64,000 nt of DNA from positions 214,989 through 278,988 of IMG/VR virus record IMGVR_UViG_3300047322_001237; one strand, given 5' to 3'. The notes under the pieces were generated by a model. It was not told where the DNA came from and made no database searches. It saw only the letters and a list, made by a program, of their open reading frames with translations. The position numbers were made by a program, and so were the translations under genes. How positions within the stretch are numbered: position 1 is the first letter of the stretch; each line of letters begins with the position of its first letter. Positions 39,302 to 49,225 of this stretch are shown here, one piece after another.

Positions 39302-39719
39302 GCTCGCTCTCTGGCGTGCAGGTCGCGCAATCCGGGTCTGCGGCGTATCCGCAGGAGCCGCATTCCTCCGGCTGCTGTGATTTCCACAGATTGTTCAGGA
39401 AGTTCCGGTCGGCTTGCCGTTTGGCGATAGCTTCCGCCAGCGAGGGTGCATCGACCAGTTGCTTGTAGAGCTCGCGGCCTGCATATGTGGCCACGTTCCC
39501 TGCTTCCTTCTGATTGACGATCACCCTTGCAGCGAAACCGCGCGACACCAGTTCATCGCGAGCCGCCTTGCTCGGAATGTCACCGTCGTCGACGGGGCCC
39601 CGTTCGATCAATGCGATGATGGTTTCGGCCCAACCACCACGAAGGACATCCGTTTCGAAAGGGCGATCTTCCCAAGGGGCGCGCTCGCGCATCGAGTACG
39701 CAGTCTTGATCTTGCTCAT
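39288..39719 (-). CDS. phage hypothetical protein
   Basis: GPVDDGDIPSKAARDELV segment; ATGA coupling to the upstream 62-aa ORF. Confidence 0.65.
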   Translation of the reverse strand: MSKIKTAYSMRERAPWEDRPFETDVLRGGWAETIIALIERGPVDDGDIPSKAARDELVSRGFAARVIVNQKEAGNVATYAGRELYKQLVDAPSLAEAIAKRQADRNFLNNLWKSQQPEECGSCGYAADPDCATCTPESEHAGG

Positions 39720-39904
39720 GATGCTTCCTTCTTGATCTTGTCCATACGGGTCTGCAACTCTTCCCGCGGCACGTAGACGAGGAGTTGTTGCCATGCTTCA
39801 GTCCGCACGGCTTTCGTTTCGAGCGGGTGGTTACCCATGAACTCCACGAGATGACTCATATCGGTTTCGATTGCATGGGTCATGATCGGGCTTGGTCGCT
39901 TCAT
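39716..39904 (-). CDS. small hypothetical protein
   Basis: 62 aa with GGAG RBS. Confidence 0.5.
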   Translation of the reverse strand: MKRPSPIMTHAIETDMSHLVEFMGNHPLETKAVRTEAWQQLLVYVPREELQTRMDKIKKEAS

Positions 39905-40092
39905 TGCTTGCTTACTCCTAGAGCCTGTCCTACGGGGCGGGCTTTATGACGTGTCGTTGGTCTACCTGCGCCTACGCGCTAAGCGCATCTGTTCCTTCTG
40001 CTGACATCGCACACAAACAGGTTGCGTCTTCGGCGTGATCTTGGGGCAGCGGAGGCATTTCATCTGCCAGTCACTGAAGAATCCGAAGAAGC

Positions 40093-40287
40093 TCATGGCT
40101 GCTCCTGGTCGACGCCGGTTGCGGCAGCAGTCGCACGGGACAGCAGCTCGCGCAAATCCGAATTGTCGATTCGGGAATCCGACTCATTTTCCGAGCCGGG
40201 TTTCGATACACGACTCCAGTCCCAGCGCGATGCAAACAAGGCCAGCAGCGCAATCCAAATCAATACGGCCCAAAGCCATGTAGGCAT
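40093..40287 (-). CDS. small single-TM protein
   Basis: N-terminal TM segment (WLWAVLIWIALLALFA) and GAGG RBS. Confidence 0.6.
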   Translation of the reverse strand: MPTWLWAVLIWIALLALFASRWDWSRVSKPGSENESDSRIDNSDLRELLSRATAAATGVDQEQP

Positions 40288-40354
40288 GTCTCACCTCTGA
40301 CCAAAAAAAGAAAGCCCACACGAGGCGGGCAGTGTTGTCGATCGAGACGCTCCT

Positions 40355-42523
40355 TTAGGCGGCTTCCGGCTGTTTCACTGGTGCAGCCATGTGGTCACTG
40401 ACCAGGCGCGTCATCTGTTTGTTTTGCATATAGATCCCGAGCGATTCAAGTATGATGTAAAACACAGTCACGGTATCCGTGATGAGCTTACGGATCGCGA
40501 TCTCGCTTTTGATCTCCTTCGGGATGCCCTTCGACTGGATGATCTGCTCAGGCACGTGGAAGGTGCTGATCGCCTTCTTTCCGCTCTTGGCCAGCCAGTT
40601 CTCCAGCTTCGCCGCCAAATCACGGTCTTCCATCTTGGCGAGCCACGCCTTGATCTTCACCGGGGACTTGAGGTCCACGGAGATCTTCACCGAGTTGTAC
40701 GGCGGCTCCTGCACTTCGCCGTACTTCGTGCCGAACGTTGCATTCCAGAAGGTGTAGTGCGCAAAATTGCTTTGCTCGGGAGGGAGCGTGTACGAAGCCG
40801 CAGGTTTAATCTGACCCATGCGGAAGTATTCGTAGCTCGAACGCTCCATAATCGAGTCACGGATGTCGTGCTCCAAACCCGCGATCTCGCCCATGATGTC
40901 CTTCAGCTTCACGGGCTCTTCGCGCATCACTGTGTCCATGATCCGGATCATCATCTCTTTCGCCTTCTTCATCACCGCAGGCGGTGCGTTTGACGACTTC
41001 AAGTGCACGCCCTTGATCTCCGGCTCCTGTGCCTTGTAGAGGTTGCCTTCCTGACAACCGATCGAGGCGTAGTAGTGCTTGGCCACCTGCGTGGGAACGA
41101 ACACGTCGAACTTGTACTCGTTCTTCATCGCCACCTGGAAGATGCGGCTTTCCTCGATGCCGAAGTTGGCGGACATACGCGCGAGCACGTGCGTGATGGT
41201 CTGCGCAGCCAAAAAGATCATCGTGGCGGCCACACCCGACGAGCGGTCGTCGTAACCGAGGCGGCCGTCGTTGTACCAGACCACCCAGTCCTGGACTGTA
41301 AAGATGGTCGAGTCTGTATCTCCCATCAACGCCGAGCGGCGGATGCTGTCCGGGAAGTGCGCGAGGGAGGCCGGGACGTTCTTCGTCACCCAGAACGCCT
41401 TGATCAGGTTCTTGTACTCGGTGATGACCTGACCGATGTGCGCAACAGTCGATGCGAGGATGCCGTACGCGTCGGAACCGACCACGTCCTTCACCTTCTT
41501 GCCCTTCATCTCTTTCGGACAGAGTTGCGAGGCGAGGGCGATGTGATCCTCGTGCGCGTTCTTGATGATACTGTCCGGATCCGGATGTACCTCACCGACG
41601 CGGGACGACAGCTCATGCACAAACCGGTAGACGATCTCCCGGTTGAACTTCATCAGGTGGTACAGATCGCCCGTGTAGACGAATGCGCTGCGCTGGATGT
41701 CGGTGAGCTTGCTGACATACTGCTCGATCAGGCGATGCGCTGCTTCGTCACGGAAGTAGAGCTGGGTGGAGTAACGAATGCACTCCATCGTCTCTTCGAC
41801 GCTCGGATGACGAATCCCGAACTCGTTCATCGCCAGCTGGATCGACTCGTAGTCCGTGTTGGTGACGATCGAGACGATGTTGTTCTTGACGATGTCCGGC
41901 GACCAGTAATGACGGTTGCCGTTCAGAAACTTCTCGTTGTTGGCAGAGCCATAGCCCGCCGTCGACCGGCAGTTCGAGGTCAGGGTCGAGTGTGCAGTCT
42001 TGTTGAACAGTGGCGTCGACGCACTGACGTGAGCACCCGAACACGCGTTGTTCGAGAGCTTCATGTTCGTCTGCTCATTGTCTTTCAGAATCTCGAGGAT
42101 CTTGTTGCCGTCCATGCGAGCCTGGAACATGGCCTTCTTCGCCACGCCGCGACGCTTCACGTTCGCGTCAATGAACCCTGCCAGCAACGACTTCTTCACC
42201 GTCGGGTGATAGTAGGTCGTGAGGGTCGGAGCAATGAGCTGATGCTCTTTGATCGACTCCGAAAGGTAAGCGCCGAGCGTGCCTTCCACCTGCTCGCGAT
42301 CGCCGTGCTCGTTGCGACGCAGGAACATCACCGCCGGATCCTTGAACGCGAACTTGCCGTCCGGGCGCAAGTTGTTTTTCACGAACGCCAAACACTGCTC
42401 GCGCGGTGCACCGGTCATTGTGGAGAGGTACTCGACGCTCTGATCGATGTAATGCTTGAAGACATCCAGATCGCGCCTGTACTCGTTGGCGGGCAGGACG
42501 AAGGGATTGTCGAACGTGGACAT
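40355..42523 (-). CDS. family B DNA polymerase, catalytic subunit (phiKZ gp50-like)
   Basis: KLSNNACSG (motif B-like), MGDTDS (motif C) and EIKGVHL; 722 aa with no exonuclease domain, as in split phiKZ-type polymerases. Confidence 0.9.
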   Translation of the reverse strand: MSTFDNPFVLPANEYRRDLDVFKHYIDQSVEYLSTMTGAPREQCLAFVKNNLRPDGKFAFKDPAVMFLRRNEHGDREQVEGTLGAYLSESIKEHQLIAPTLTTYYHPTVKKSLLAGFIDANVKRRGVAKKAMFQARMDGNKILEILKDNEQTNMKLSNNACSGAHVSASTPLFNKTAHSTLTSNCRSTAGYGSANNEKFLNGNRHYWSPDIVKNNIVSIVTNTDYESIQLAMNEFGIRHPSVEETMECIRYSTQLYFRDEAAHRLIEQYVSKLTDIQRSAFVYTGDLYHLMKFNREIVYRFVHELSSRVGEVHPDPDSIIKNAHEDHIALASQLCPKEMKGKKVKDVVGSDAYGILASTVAHIGQVITEYKNLIKAFWVTKNVPASLAHFPDSIRRSALMGDTDSTIFTVQDWVVWYNDGRLGYDDRSSGVAATMIFLAAQTITHVLARMSANFGIEESRIFQVAMKNEYKFDVFVPTQVAKHYYASIGCQEGNLYKAQEPEIKGVHLKSSNAPPAVMKKAKEMMIRIMDTVMREEPVKLKDIMGEIAGLEHDIRDSIMERSSYEYFRMGQIKPAASYTLPPEQSNFAHYTFWNATFGTKYGEVQEPPYNSVKISVDLKSPVKIKAWLAKMEDRDLAAKLENWLAKSGKKAISTFHVPEQIIQSKGIPKEIKSEIAIRKLITDTVTVFYIILESLGIYMQNKQMTRLVSDHMAAPVKQPEAA

Positions 42524-42679
42524 GACTGTTCCTTTGTTTCTCGTACACGATTCGGACGGGGAATAAAAAAACGATCGGACGTGACAATTGCGGCTTGAGA
42601 CGCCGCGCGAATTAAAAGCTTGCTTCGGTTTAAAACCGTCCTAACCTACTAATTGGAAAAAGATCGAAAGGAACAAGAA

Positions 42680-43090
42680 ATGAGCAAGAAAGCCATATGT
42701 ATCAGCGTGCTCGCGCTATTTTGCGCAGTGCCGACGGCCACAACTGCTCAAGTCCCCGGCATGGGTGGAATCCCGATGGTAGGGGGGCAATCAACAGGCG
42801 CCTTGGGCGGTATCCTGCAAGAGGAGAAGGAAAAGATATGTACCCTGGAGGGGATTCCGAGAGTTGATTCGGGTGACGGCTATGCACCTGTCGACAGGGA
42901 AGACCGCGCTCTCTTATACGCGCGCTGTGAGGTGACGAAGGAGATCGTGCCCGGGAGGCCGTTGAGCGGCCGAAGCTGCTGCGAACATCTAACCAAGGCC
43001 GACTCTCACGCTTTCAACGTTTGCAAGGACGGACCGATAGGCGGCGCTGCGAAGATCTGGTTGAAGAAGACGGTGAAGTGCAAAGGCTAG
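42680..43090 (+). CDS. small secreted Cys-rich protein
   Basis: Signal peptide MSKKAICISVLALFCAVPTATTA and six Cys in the mature part. Followed by an A-run and a hairpin. Confidence 0.7.
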   Translation: MSKKAICISVLALFCAVPTATTAQVPGMGGIPMVGGQSTGALGGILQEEKEKICTLEGIPRVDSGDGYAPVDREDRALLYARCEVTKEIVPGRPLSGRSCCEHLTKADSHAFNVCKDGPIGGAAKIWLKKTVKCKG

Positions 43091-43425
43091 ACGGCAAAAA
43101 AAAAAAGGGAAGAGACCCGAAGGCCTCTTCCCAGAGCAAAGCCGAAGATGACGAGCTCAGGTGTGTCTCTGGATGCGGCCGCCGCTTCCTCCAAGGAAGT
43201 AAAGTCAGCGACGGCCGCGAGCCACACCGGCTGCGAATCGTCTTCGTTGACACCCCTCCGATCCCCATCAGAGTTCCCGCTATCGGCCAAGGCCACTCAG
43301 CAGGCAAACCGGACACTGTCATGCCCTTTTTACCACCCGCATGCTCGCGCATTAGGAACGTCAATTACACGAGTTGAACTGGCGCATCACTTCCAGTCAG
43401 ATCATGGAGCGATCTGGTAAATTTC

Positions 43426-43475
43426 TACAAAAAAAGAAATATAGGAAATAAAGCCTCTCCCCGAAGGGAGAGGCC
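43426..43475 (-). terminator. UUCG-loop terminator
   Basis: GCCTCTCCC-CGAA-GGGAGAGGC with an A-rich left flank, downstream of the 43588-47456 operon. Confidence 0.75.
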
Positions 43476-43587
43476 AATACCAAGCACAACACCAACAAAG
43501 GTCCTGCGTTCCTCGTACAACCCCCGTACCGCTTTGTTCTTCCCGTCTTGCGACGGCGCGTTTTCGCGCTCTGTCACAATATAGCGA

Positions 43588-44004
43588 TCAAGAACCGGGC
43601 ATTGCCGAGACAGTCACGGAGATGTTGGGGAACCCGTTGCTGATGAGCGCGTTCTGAACGGCCGGAATGTCGCTGGCCGTGACGCCAGTGATAACGGCGG
43701 TGATCGTCTGCGAGGTCCAGACCTTGATCGTGCTTTCGTTGATCCACGGCATCCCGAGCGCCGTGATCGCACCCGACTGCGTGCGCACCTTGATGTAGTT
43801 GTACTGACTCGCATCGTTGGGCGTGCCCTGCGGCTTCAGGTACGGATACATCTTGATGTGGTTGCCCACCGTGTCGATGATGCCGTTGGCGGTGGACTGG
43901 TCCATGATGGCCAGAACCGTCACATACTCGAAGCTGTTGCCGAGGATGGCTGCAGGGTAGACGTCAAAGCTGATGACTTGACCGATCTGATAGTTGTACG
44001 ACAT
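43588..44004 (-). CDS. conserved phiKZ-like beta-rich protein
   Basis: 138 aa, last gene of the operon upstream of the polymerase. Confidence 0.7.
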   Translation of the reverse strand: MSYNYQIGQVISFDVYPAAILGNSFEYVTVLAIMDQSTANGIIDTVGNHIKMYPYLKPQGTPNDASQYNYIKVRTQSGAITALGMPWINESTIKVWTSQTITAVITGVTASDIPAVQNALISNGFPNISVTVSAMPGS

Positions 44005-44026
44005 GGACTCTCACCGGAAGGAATCG

Positions 44027-44434
44027 CTAATAGGGAAAGTGAAAGAGGACGATGTCGTTGCCGAGAAAGCGGTCGAACGCGTAGTTGACGTTGACGTACG
44101 TGTCCTTGTTCAGGAATACGCCAGCCTGCGTCAACCGGCCAAACAACTCACAAGCGAACGTTTGAGTGGCGCTCGTCACCTTCTCATACACCGCCTGATA
44201 ATCGTCCCCTCTCAACTCTGGGATCTCTATACGATGAATTTGCGGGAGTTCTGCCAGCTGGCTCTCGTCTCCCGCCCAGTCCATGAAGACGTCGGTGCAC
44301 TGCCGGACGAGCTCTTCGAATCCGAATGGCGTGATGCTGAGACCGGTCAGGTCTTGTCGGTACTGCGCGACGAGGTCAGCGACCGGAATAACGATCCGGC
44401 TTGAGAATTTCACTTCTCGATCATGCTCCGGCAC
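44027..44434 (-). CDS. hypothetical protein, tandem paralog-like family
   Basis: 135 aa; RIVIP at the N-terminus and FLGNDIVL at the C-terminus. Confidence 0.7.
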   Translation of the reverse strand: MPEHDREVKFSSRIVIPVADLVAQYRQDLTGLSITPFGFEELVRQCTDVFMDWAGDESQLAELPQIHRIEIPELRGDDYQAVYEKVTSATQTFACELFGRLTQAGVFLNKDTYVNVNYAFDRFLGNDIVLFHFPY

Positions 44435-44449
44435 GCTGGGCCTCCTTGG

Positions 44450-44980
44450 TTAGCGACGACCCCTCCGGTGAACCTGGCTGCGTTCCCAGAGGTCTTCGTC
44501 GGTCAGATAGTCGATGGGGATCTTCGTCGTGAGCTTGGGCACCATCAGGCGATGCATCAGCATGTCGTTGCCGACCAGCTCGACGAACTGATAGTGGAGG
44601 TAGCCACCGCGATAAAGGCGCAGTGCCCGCAGCTGCTCCAGCAGATCTTCGCCGAACTTGTACATCTCGTTGGAATGCCGCGTCACCGTATCGATGCGCT
44701 CCTGGCGTTCTTCTTCCGGATCGAAACGCCCCAGACGAACGTGAGGTCCGGTCTTGGGCAACGGCATGTGCATCAAGTCGTCGACGAGCTCCGCGCACAT
44801 GAGGCTCAGCTGATCCTGCGCTTCCTTCTCGAATGCGAGACAGTCGAGGACGCGACCGATGAACTCGTCGGTGTCTTCCTTGAGATGGGGCAGCCGCCTG
44901 AAGAGCGGGCCCAACAGCATGCGTGTCTCCAGAATCACGCTGTCCGGCTCATGGCGCGGTCTGAGAAATGAATAGCCCAT
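44450..44980 (-). CDS. hypothetical protein, tandem paralog-like family
   Basis: SVILET ... LVGNDMLM; start set at ATG 44980. Confidence 0.7.
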   Translation of the reverse strand: MGYSFLRPRHEPDSVILETRMLLGPLFRRLPHLKEDTDEFIGRVLDCLAFEKEAQDQLSLMCAELVDDLMHMPLPKTGPHVRLGRFDPEEERQERIDTVTRHSNEMYKFGEDLLEQLRALRLYRGGYLHYQFVELVGNDMLMHRLMVPKLTTKIPIDYLTDEDLWERSQVHRRGRR

Positions 44981-44999
44981 ATTTTCTTCGTGTATGAAA

Positions 45000-45413
45000 T
45001 CAGCCCGCCCTTCGCTGGCGAGCAAGAAAGACCAACAGACCGTCCGATCTGAACTCAGAAAAGGCGTACGGGAAGAAACCGTCACTCTCGTACGCTCGCA
45101 TACGAAACAGGTAATCGACCGCCGCTTGGCCGGCGCTAATGATCTTAAGTGCCAGATCGTCGCGCTCCATCTGCGTCATGTCGTTGTGACCGTACAGCAT
45201 GTCACTGAAGGCCATGCGGTCAGCTACACCATACAGTTCCTGCTTCCAAGTATTTTCCTGATAGGTGCCGATCGCGTTAAAGATCTGCGAGTACAGCCAG
45301 TCGATGTCAACTGTCGGCATAGAAGGATTCGCCACCCAAGCCCGGAGAATCCGAAGCTCAGGGGGCGAATCCAGAACAAGCGTCTGCGGTTTCCGAGTCG
45401 CTCGGAAGTACAT
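45000..45413 (-). CDS. hypothetical protein, tandem paralog-like family
   Basis: TLVLDS ... FRSDGLLV; ATG at 45413 after GGAG. Confidence 0.7.
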   Translation of the reverse strand: MYFRATRKPQTLVLDSPPELRILRAWVANPSMPTVDIDWLYSQIFNAIGTYQENTWKQELYGVADRMAFSDMLYGHNDMTQMERDDLALKIISAGQAAVDYLFRMRAYESDGFFPYAFSEFRSDGLLVFLARQRRAG

Positions 45414-45415
45414 GA

Positions 45416-45886
45416 TCAATACTCCCTTGGGGTCAGAAAGCGAATGAAGACGAGCAGATCGGAGCCGACCCAACGTGGGCGCATCTGGTCTCCGCAGCTG
45501 TCCTGCGCGATCTCAAAGAGTTTCGTGCGCAAGTGCTGCTGAAGCAGCTTATCGGCTGCCTGCTCCATTTCTTCAGCGACAAATCGAATCACGCCGAGAT
45601 TGGACAGAGCGCGATCCTGATTCAGAATGTCCCGTAGACTTTGTTCCCCGTACAGATCGTGGTGACGATCGACCGCGTACTCGAAGTCTTCCATCACCTT
45701 TGCCGCGAGACCGCGAGCGTAGCGATGACCGTGGTGGTAGTTCGTCGTGTACGGACTGTTGAAGGAGCGGGTGAGGACAGCTTCGCGGACCAGGTCCTTC
45801 AGGCCGGAATCGTAGAACTCAAAGAACGGCGCGTACTCTTGGAAATCCCGGATCAGCGAGCGCGTATCAAGGACTATTGGTTTCAT
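45416..45886 (-). CDS. hypothetical protein, tandem paralog-like family
   Basis: PIVLDT ... VGSDLLV. Confidence 0.7.
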   Translation of the reverse strand: MKPIVLDTRSLIRDFQEYAPFFEFYDSGLKDLVREAVLTRSFNSPYTTNYHHGHRYARGLAAKVMEDFEYAVDRHHDLYGEQSLRDILNQDRALSNLGVIRFVAEEMEQAADKLLQQHLRTKLFEIAQDSCGDQMRPRWVGSDLLVFIRFLTPREY

Positions 45887-45908
45887 GGATTATACCCCTC
45901 GCCACCGC

Positions 45909-46367
45909 CTAGTACGGGCGGGTGACTAGCAAGTCGTATTCGGTCATCGCGAACGAGAAGCCTTCACGATTCTGGAAGGAGACTTCCGGCATGGTCTGGC
46001 CGACCGTCTCGACGAAAGCAGAGAAGGCCTCCTCTGCGAACTCGTGAGCGGTGCGTTCATCGATCCCCAATTTCTTCAGTTCACTCTCGCTTCGGGCGAG
46101 ATGTCCCATGTTCCTTACATCGCCTTCATGCTCGCCAAAGACTTCTTGAACGAGCACGTCGAAGAAAGGGCAGGCGTTGATGTCCATCGCACGAATCGGT
46201 TCGGCAAGGACGCCGTACTGCACGCGTTGGTGTTGAGCAAAGTAATCGCGAATCCTCAAGCGCAGCAGGCTCACCACGTGGCTCATGCCAATCCACGTAT
46301 GGCGTTTGGGCTGCCGCACCAGATGCGAGAGCGGCTGCCCGAGCACTGGCACTTTAGTCATACGCAC
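45909..46367 (-). CDS. hypothetical protein, tandem paralog-like family
   Basis: C-terminal TEYDLLV. Confidence 0.65.
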   Translation of the reverse strand: MRMTKVPVLGQPLSHLVRQPKRHTWIGMSHVVSLLRLRIRDYFAQHQRVQYGVLAEPIRAMDINACPFFDVLVQEVFGEHEGDVRNMGHLARSESELKKLGIDERTAHEFAEEAFSAFVETVGQTMPEVSFQNREGFSFAMTEYDLLVTRPY

Positions 46368-46992
46368 ATCCTTTTATCCGATGCCAGTCGACGATGCGGA
46401 AGTCGACGCTCTTCTCGACCATTAAACTTAAGCCGTCACGACGCAGAAAGTGAATGACCCAGCGGTTGACACCAGCGAAGTCACGCACCTGTCCGCGCAT
46501 CGGACTCACCATGCCGAGGATCTGGTTGGCGATTTCGACGTCCGTGCTGTAGTCGGGGTGGATCAGGCTGGCGACATGCGCGAAGTCATCCGACGATCGA
46601 AGGCTGCGATTGCGCTGGTCCCCGTAGATTGAGAGGGTTTCGGCCAGGAGGCGCTCGATGATCGCCATGCCCCGGGTAGGCAGGGTCGGTTCGTAAGAGA
46701 GCATCGGAATCTGGCTGGGGGTCACGACGACGTTTCCGTCCAAGTCTCTGACCTCGGTGCCGCGCTGAATGTCGACGATGTCACGGACGACAAAGTTACC
46801 GGTATCGCCGCGTTCGTTTCTGCCTTGCTGGTAGTAGACGCCGTCGGGTCGCATGACGGGATCAAACTTCCCCTTCGCATAGATACCCGGGGTGGGCTTC
46901 ACCAGGTAGTCGCCGACGACCGCTTCAATCATCGAAGCGACGGGGAACGGGTCCAGCCTGAGTGTTTGAATAATCGGGTAGTTCATGGCCAA
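46354..46992 (-). CDS. conserved phiKZ-like hypothetical protein
   Basis: About 210 aa, overlapping both neighbours. Confidence 0.7.
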   Translation of the reverse strand: MAMNYPIIQTLRLDPFPVASMIEAVVGDYLVKPTPGIYAKGKFDPVMRPDGVYYQQGRNERGDTGNFVVRDIVDIQRGTEVRDLDGNVVVTPSQIPMLSYEPTLPTRGMAIIERLLAETLSIYGDQRNRSLRSSDDFAHVASLIHPDYSTDVEIANQILGMVSPMRGQVRDFAGVNRWVIHFLRRDGLSLMVEKSVDFRIVDWHRIKGCAYD

Positions 46993-47456
46993 GTGAAGAG
47001 GAGGGCGGTGTCGATGTAATAGCCGATGTACAGATCAGAGCCGCGCAGTTGCACGCTCAAAGTCTGGTCGTCGTAAATCAACGGCACCTTTATTAGCTGT
47101 CGGACTAACAGGGATATGGGGTAAGGCAAGACGTTCGCGAGCTGATCGTGAAGCGCGCTGTAGACCGAACGCTCGCGGCTGTGTCCTTGCACGGACAGTC
47201 CATAGCAGTTTTCGATCTGATGCGCGATGGTCCACTCCACCGTATCTTCGACCGACGCGCCTGCGAGGCAGACGTTGTCTAGTTCGAATATTTCCAGCAA
47301 CGGCGGGACGATGGCCGCGACGAACTCGCGAACATCCTGAATGAGGGTGGCTTGTCGAAACACTTCTGGCTCCTGGTCTCTACACGATTTGACGTGGAGA
47401 TATAAACTTCCCAGCGCGAGCGCGTCCTGGGCGTTTCTGAGCCGTTCTAGAGGCAT
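46983..47456 (-). CDS. hypothetical protein, tandem paralog-like family
   Basis: C-terminal LRGSDLYI. Confidence 0.6.
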   Translation of the reverse strand: MPLERLRNAQDALALGSLYLHVKSCRDQEPEVFRQATLIQDVREFVAAIVPPLLEIFELDNVCLAGASVEDTVEWTIAHQIENCYGLSVQGHSRERSVYSALHDQLANVLPYPISLLVRQLIKVPLIYDDQTLSVQLRGSDLYIGYYIDTALLFTWP

Positions 47457-48332
47457 TCCGAAACCTAAGACCCGGCATGATACACGTTTGCACTGTGCTC
47501 CTCGGGTTACAGAAGGGGTGCGAAAGTAGGGGCACAGTTCAGGCCCGACGAATTGACGGCATAAAAGGAAATAAGGGCCAACTCCCTCCTCGCGTAATGC
47601 GATCCTGGGGAGCTGGCCCGTTGCTCTGCTGTAACCCGGCTGAGCAGTTCGGGGCAGACGCTCTATGCTTCTATCCCGCTGAGCAGTTGGGATGCCATCA
47701 CGACGACGTGCAGACAGTGAATCAGCAATTAGGCCAGCACTAGCCCGCGCGCTGCCTTGGTGACGCGAGTCGATGCTCGTGTCAGGCCCGCGCGGCCGCG
47801 TAGGTGGACGCTATATGTTCCAGACTGAATGCGGAATGTCTTACCACTCACTAGAGGGTCACTTGGATGGATGGCTTCAGTCAATCGGACTGGTAATGGA
47901 AGCGTGAGCTAAACCTATTTCTTCATGATGCCCTCGCAAATGTAATCGCAGATTTTGATCGGAATCCAGTCTCGGAATGGTCCCCGCGCGCGGCGTGCGC
48001 CAACACGCGCGTAGCGAGTAAGGAGACTGGGGCAAACGCATGGGTCGAAATCAGGTAATGAGCGCCTTGTCCAAACCACCACCCCTGGCAGCCTGAAGAA
48101 GTCAACCGCTAGATTGATCGAAACCTAAACTACTACAGCCTAAGTTTGTTGCACTGAATTCGTCCCATGCGACTACCGGCGCCAAGGTAGCGTGGGCATG
48201 ATGTCCAAACGCGGGCCTCACATTGTGTTAGCTCACCATCACGCCCAACGGGCAGCGGCGCGTCATTGCGCGCCAACGCCCTAATGCCGCAGCGCGGGTG
48301 CCAATACCCGCAAGCGGCGCGCGCCGGTTGAA

Positions 48333-48587
48333 TCAGATCGTGACCGTGGCGTTGGTCGCGACGTAGTCGACGATGTTCTGGATGGTCTTGAAGGCCTCCG
48401 CTTCCTCGTCGAGGATCTCGATACAGAATTCGTCTTCGATGGCCATTACCATCTCGACTTCATCGAGGGAGTCAGCGCCGAGGACTTCGACAATCGTGTC
48501 TTCGTTCTTGATGTCCTTGACCGGCACCTGAAGCTGAGCCGACACGATGGCTTTGACACGTTCTTCAATCTGCTGTTTATCGCTCAT
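48333..48587 (-). CDS. acpP: acyl carrier protein
   Basis: LGADSLD phosphopantetheine site; closely follows the AcpP pattern (ERVKAIV..QL...EDEF.IEI.DEEAE...TIQ..VDY). GGAG RBS. Confidence 0.92.
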   Translation of the reverse strand: MSDKQQIEERVKAIVSAQLQVPVKDIKNEDTIVEVLGADSLDEVEMVMAIEDEFCIEILDEEAEAFKTIQNIVDYVATNATVTI

Positions 48588-49225
48588 GCTTGCTCCGTAG
48601 ATGTGGTGAACGACTGAGGATTTTCACCTCCGGCCCTTTTCCAGACTGCTGCTATGCCCAAACCGGTGAGGCGTGCTCGTCTAGCCCGGTACCGCGCGTA
48701 CCGGCTCGTGGTCGTTCGTAACTGTTGATGTTGGTTTGGAATACGCTCAAAACGAACGCATTCCAAACCCGCCGTACTCGGCGTGTTGGGATCGCCCCGT
48801 CCTCCGCGTTAGCGGATCCTGCGGGAACGACCGGTTGGTTCTCACTGAACCTCGATCGATGCGACAGTGCCTTGGACCTCATTCGGAACGCGCACCCCTT
48901 GATCACAGGGGAATGGGCGAACTCAAGTCTCGTGTCAGCTCACTTCGCGATGACCAGCTTCCTTATAAAGAAGCTCTTTGTTGTTCGATGTCAGGTGAGA
49001 AATCTGGCAGGCGGACTCGTCATGTCCCTGGGCAATCCCGCCAGAGCGTGGGGTCCATACGACCTCCTTTTGATCGCGGTATCCGGCTCTTTAGGGCGTG
49101 CAGTTAGCTTGGGGACGAACGCGCGCATGTGCACGTCATGCGCCGTCTTTGACGAGTATCCGAGATTGCGAAGGATCCAATGCGCAGGCGTGAACCAGAG
49201 CACGCGAACCAGATCCCGCCACCAG

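Noticed and set aside
36099-47646. Identical 12-mer CCCGGCTGAGCA in both long intergenic regions
   Set aside because: A single 12-mer match is not clearly above chance in GC-rich DNA.
49020-49070. Strong SD (AAGGAGG) before a 12-codon ORF MDPTLWRDCPGT between phuZ and acpP
   Set aside because: SD-to-ATG spacing is short and the peptide has no supporting features; it needs Ribo-seq.
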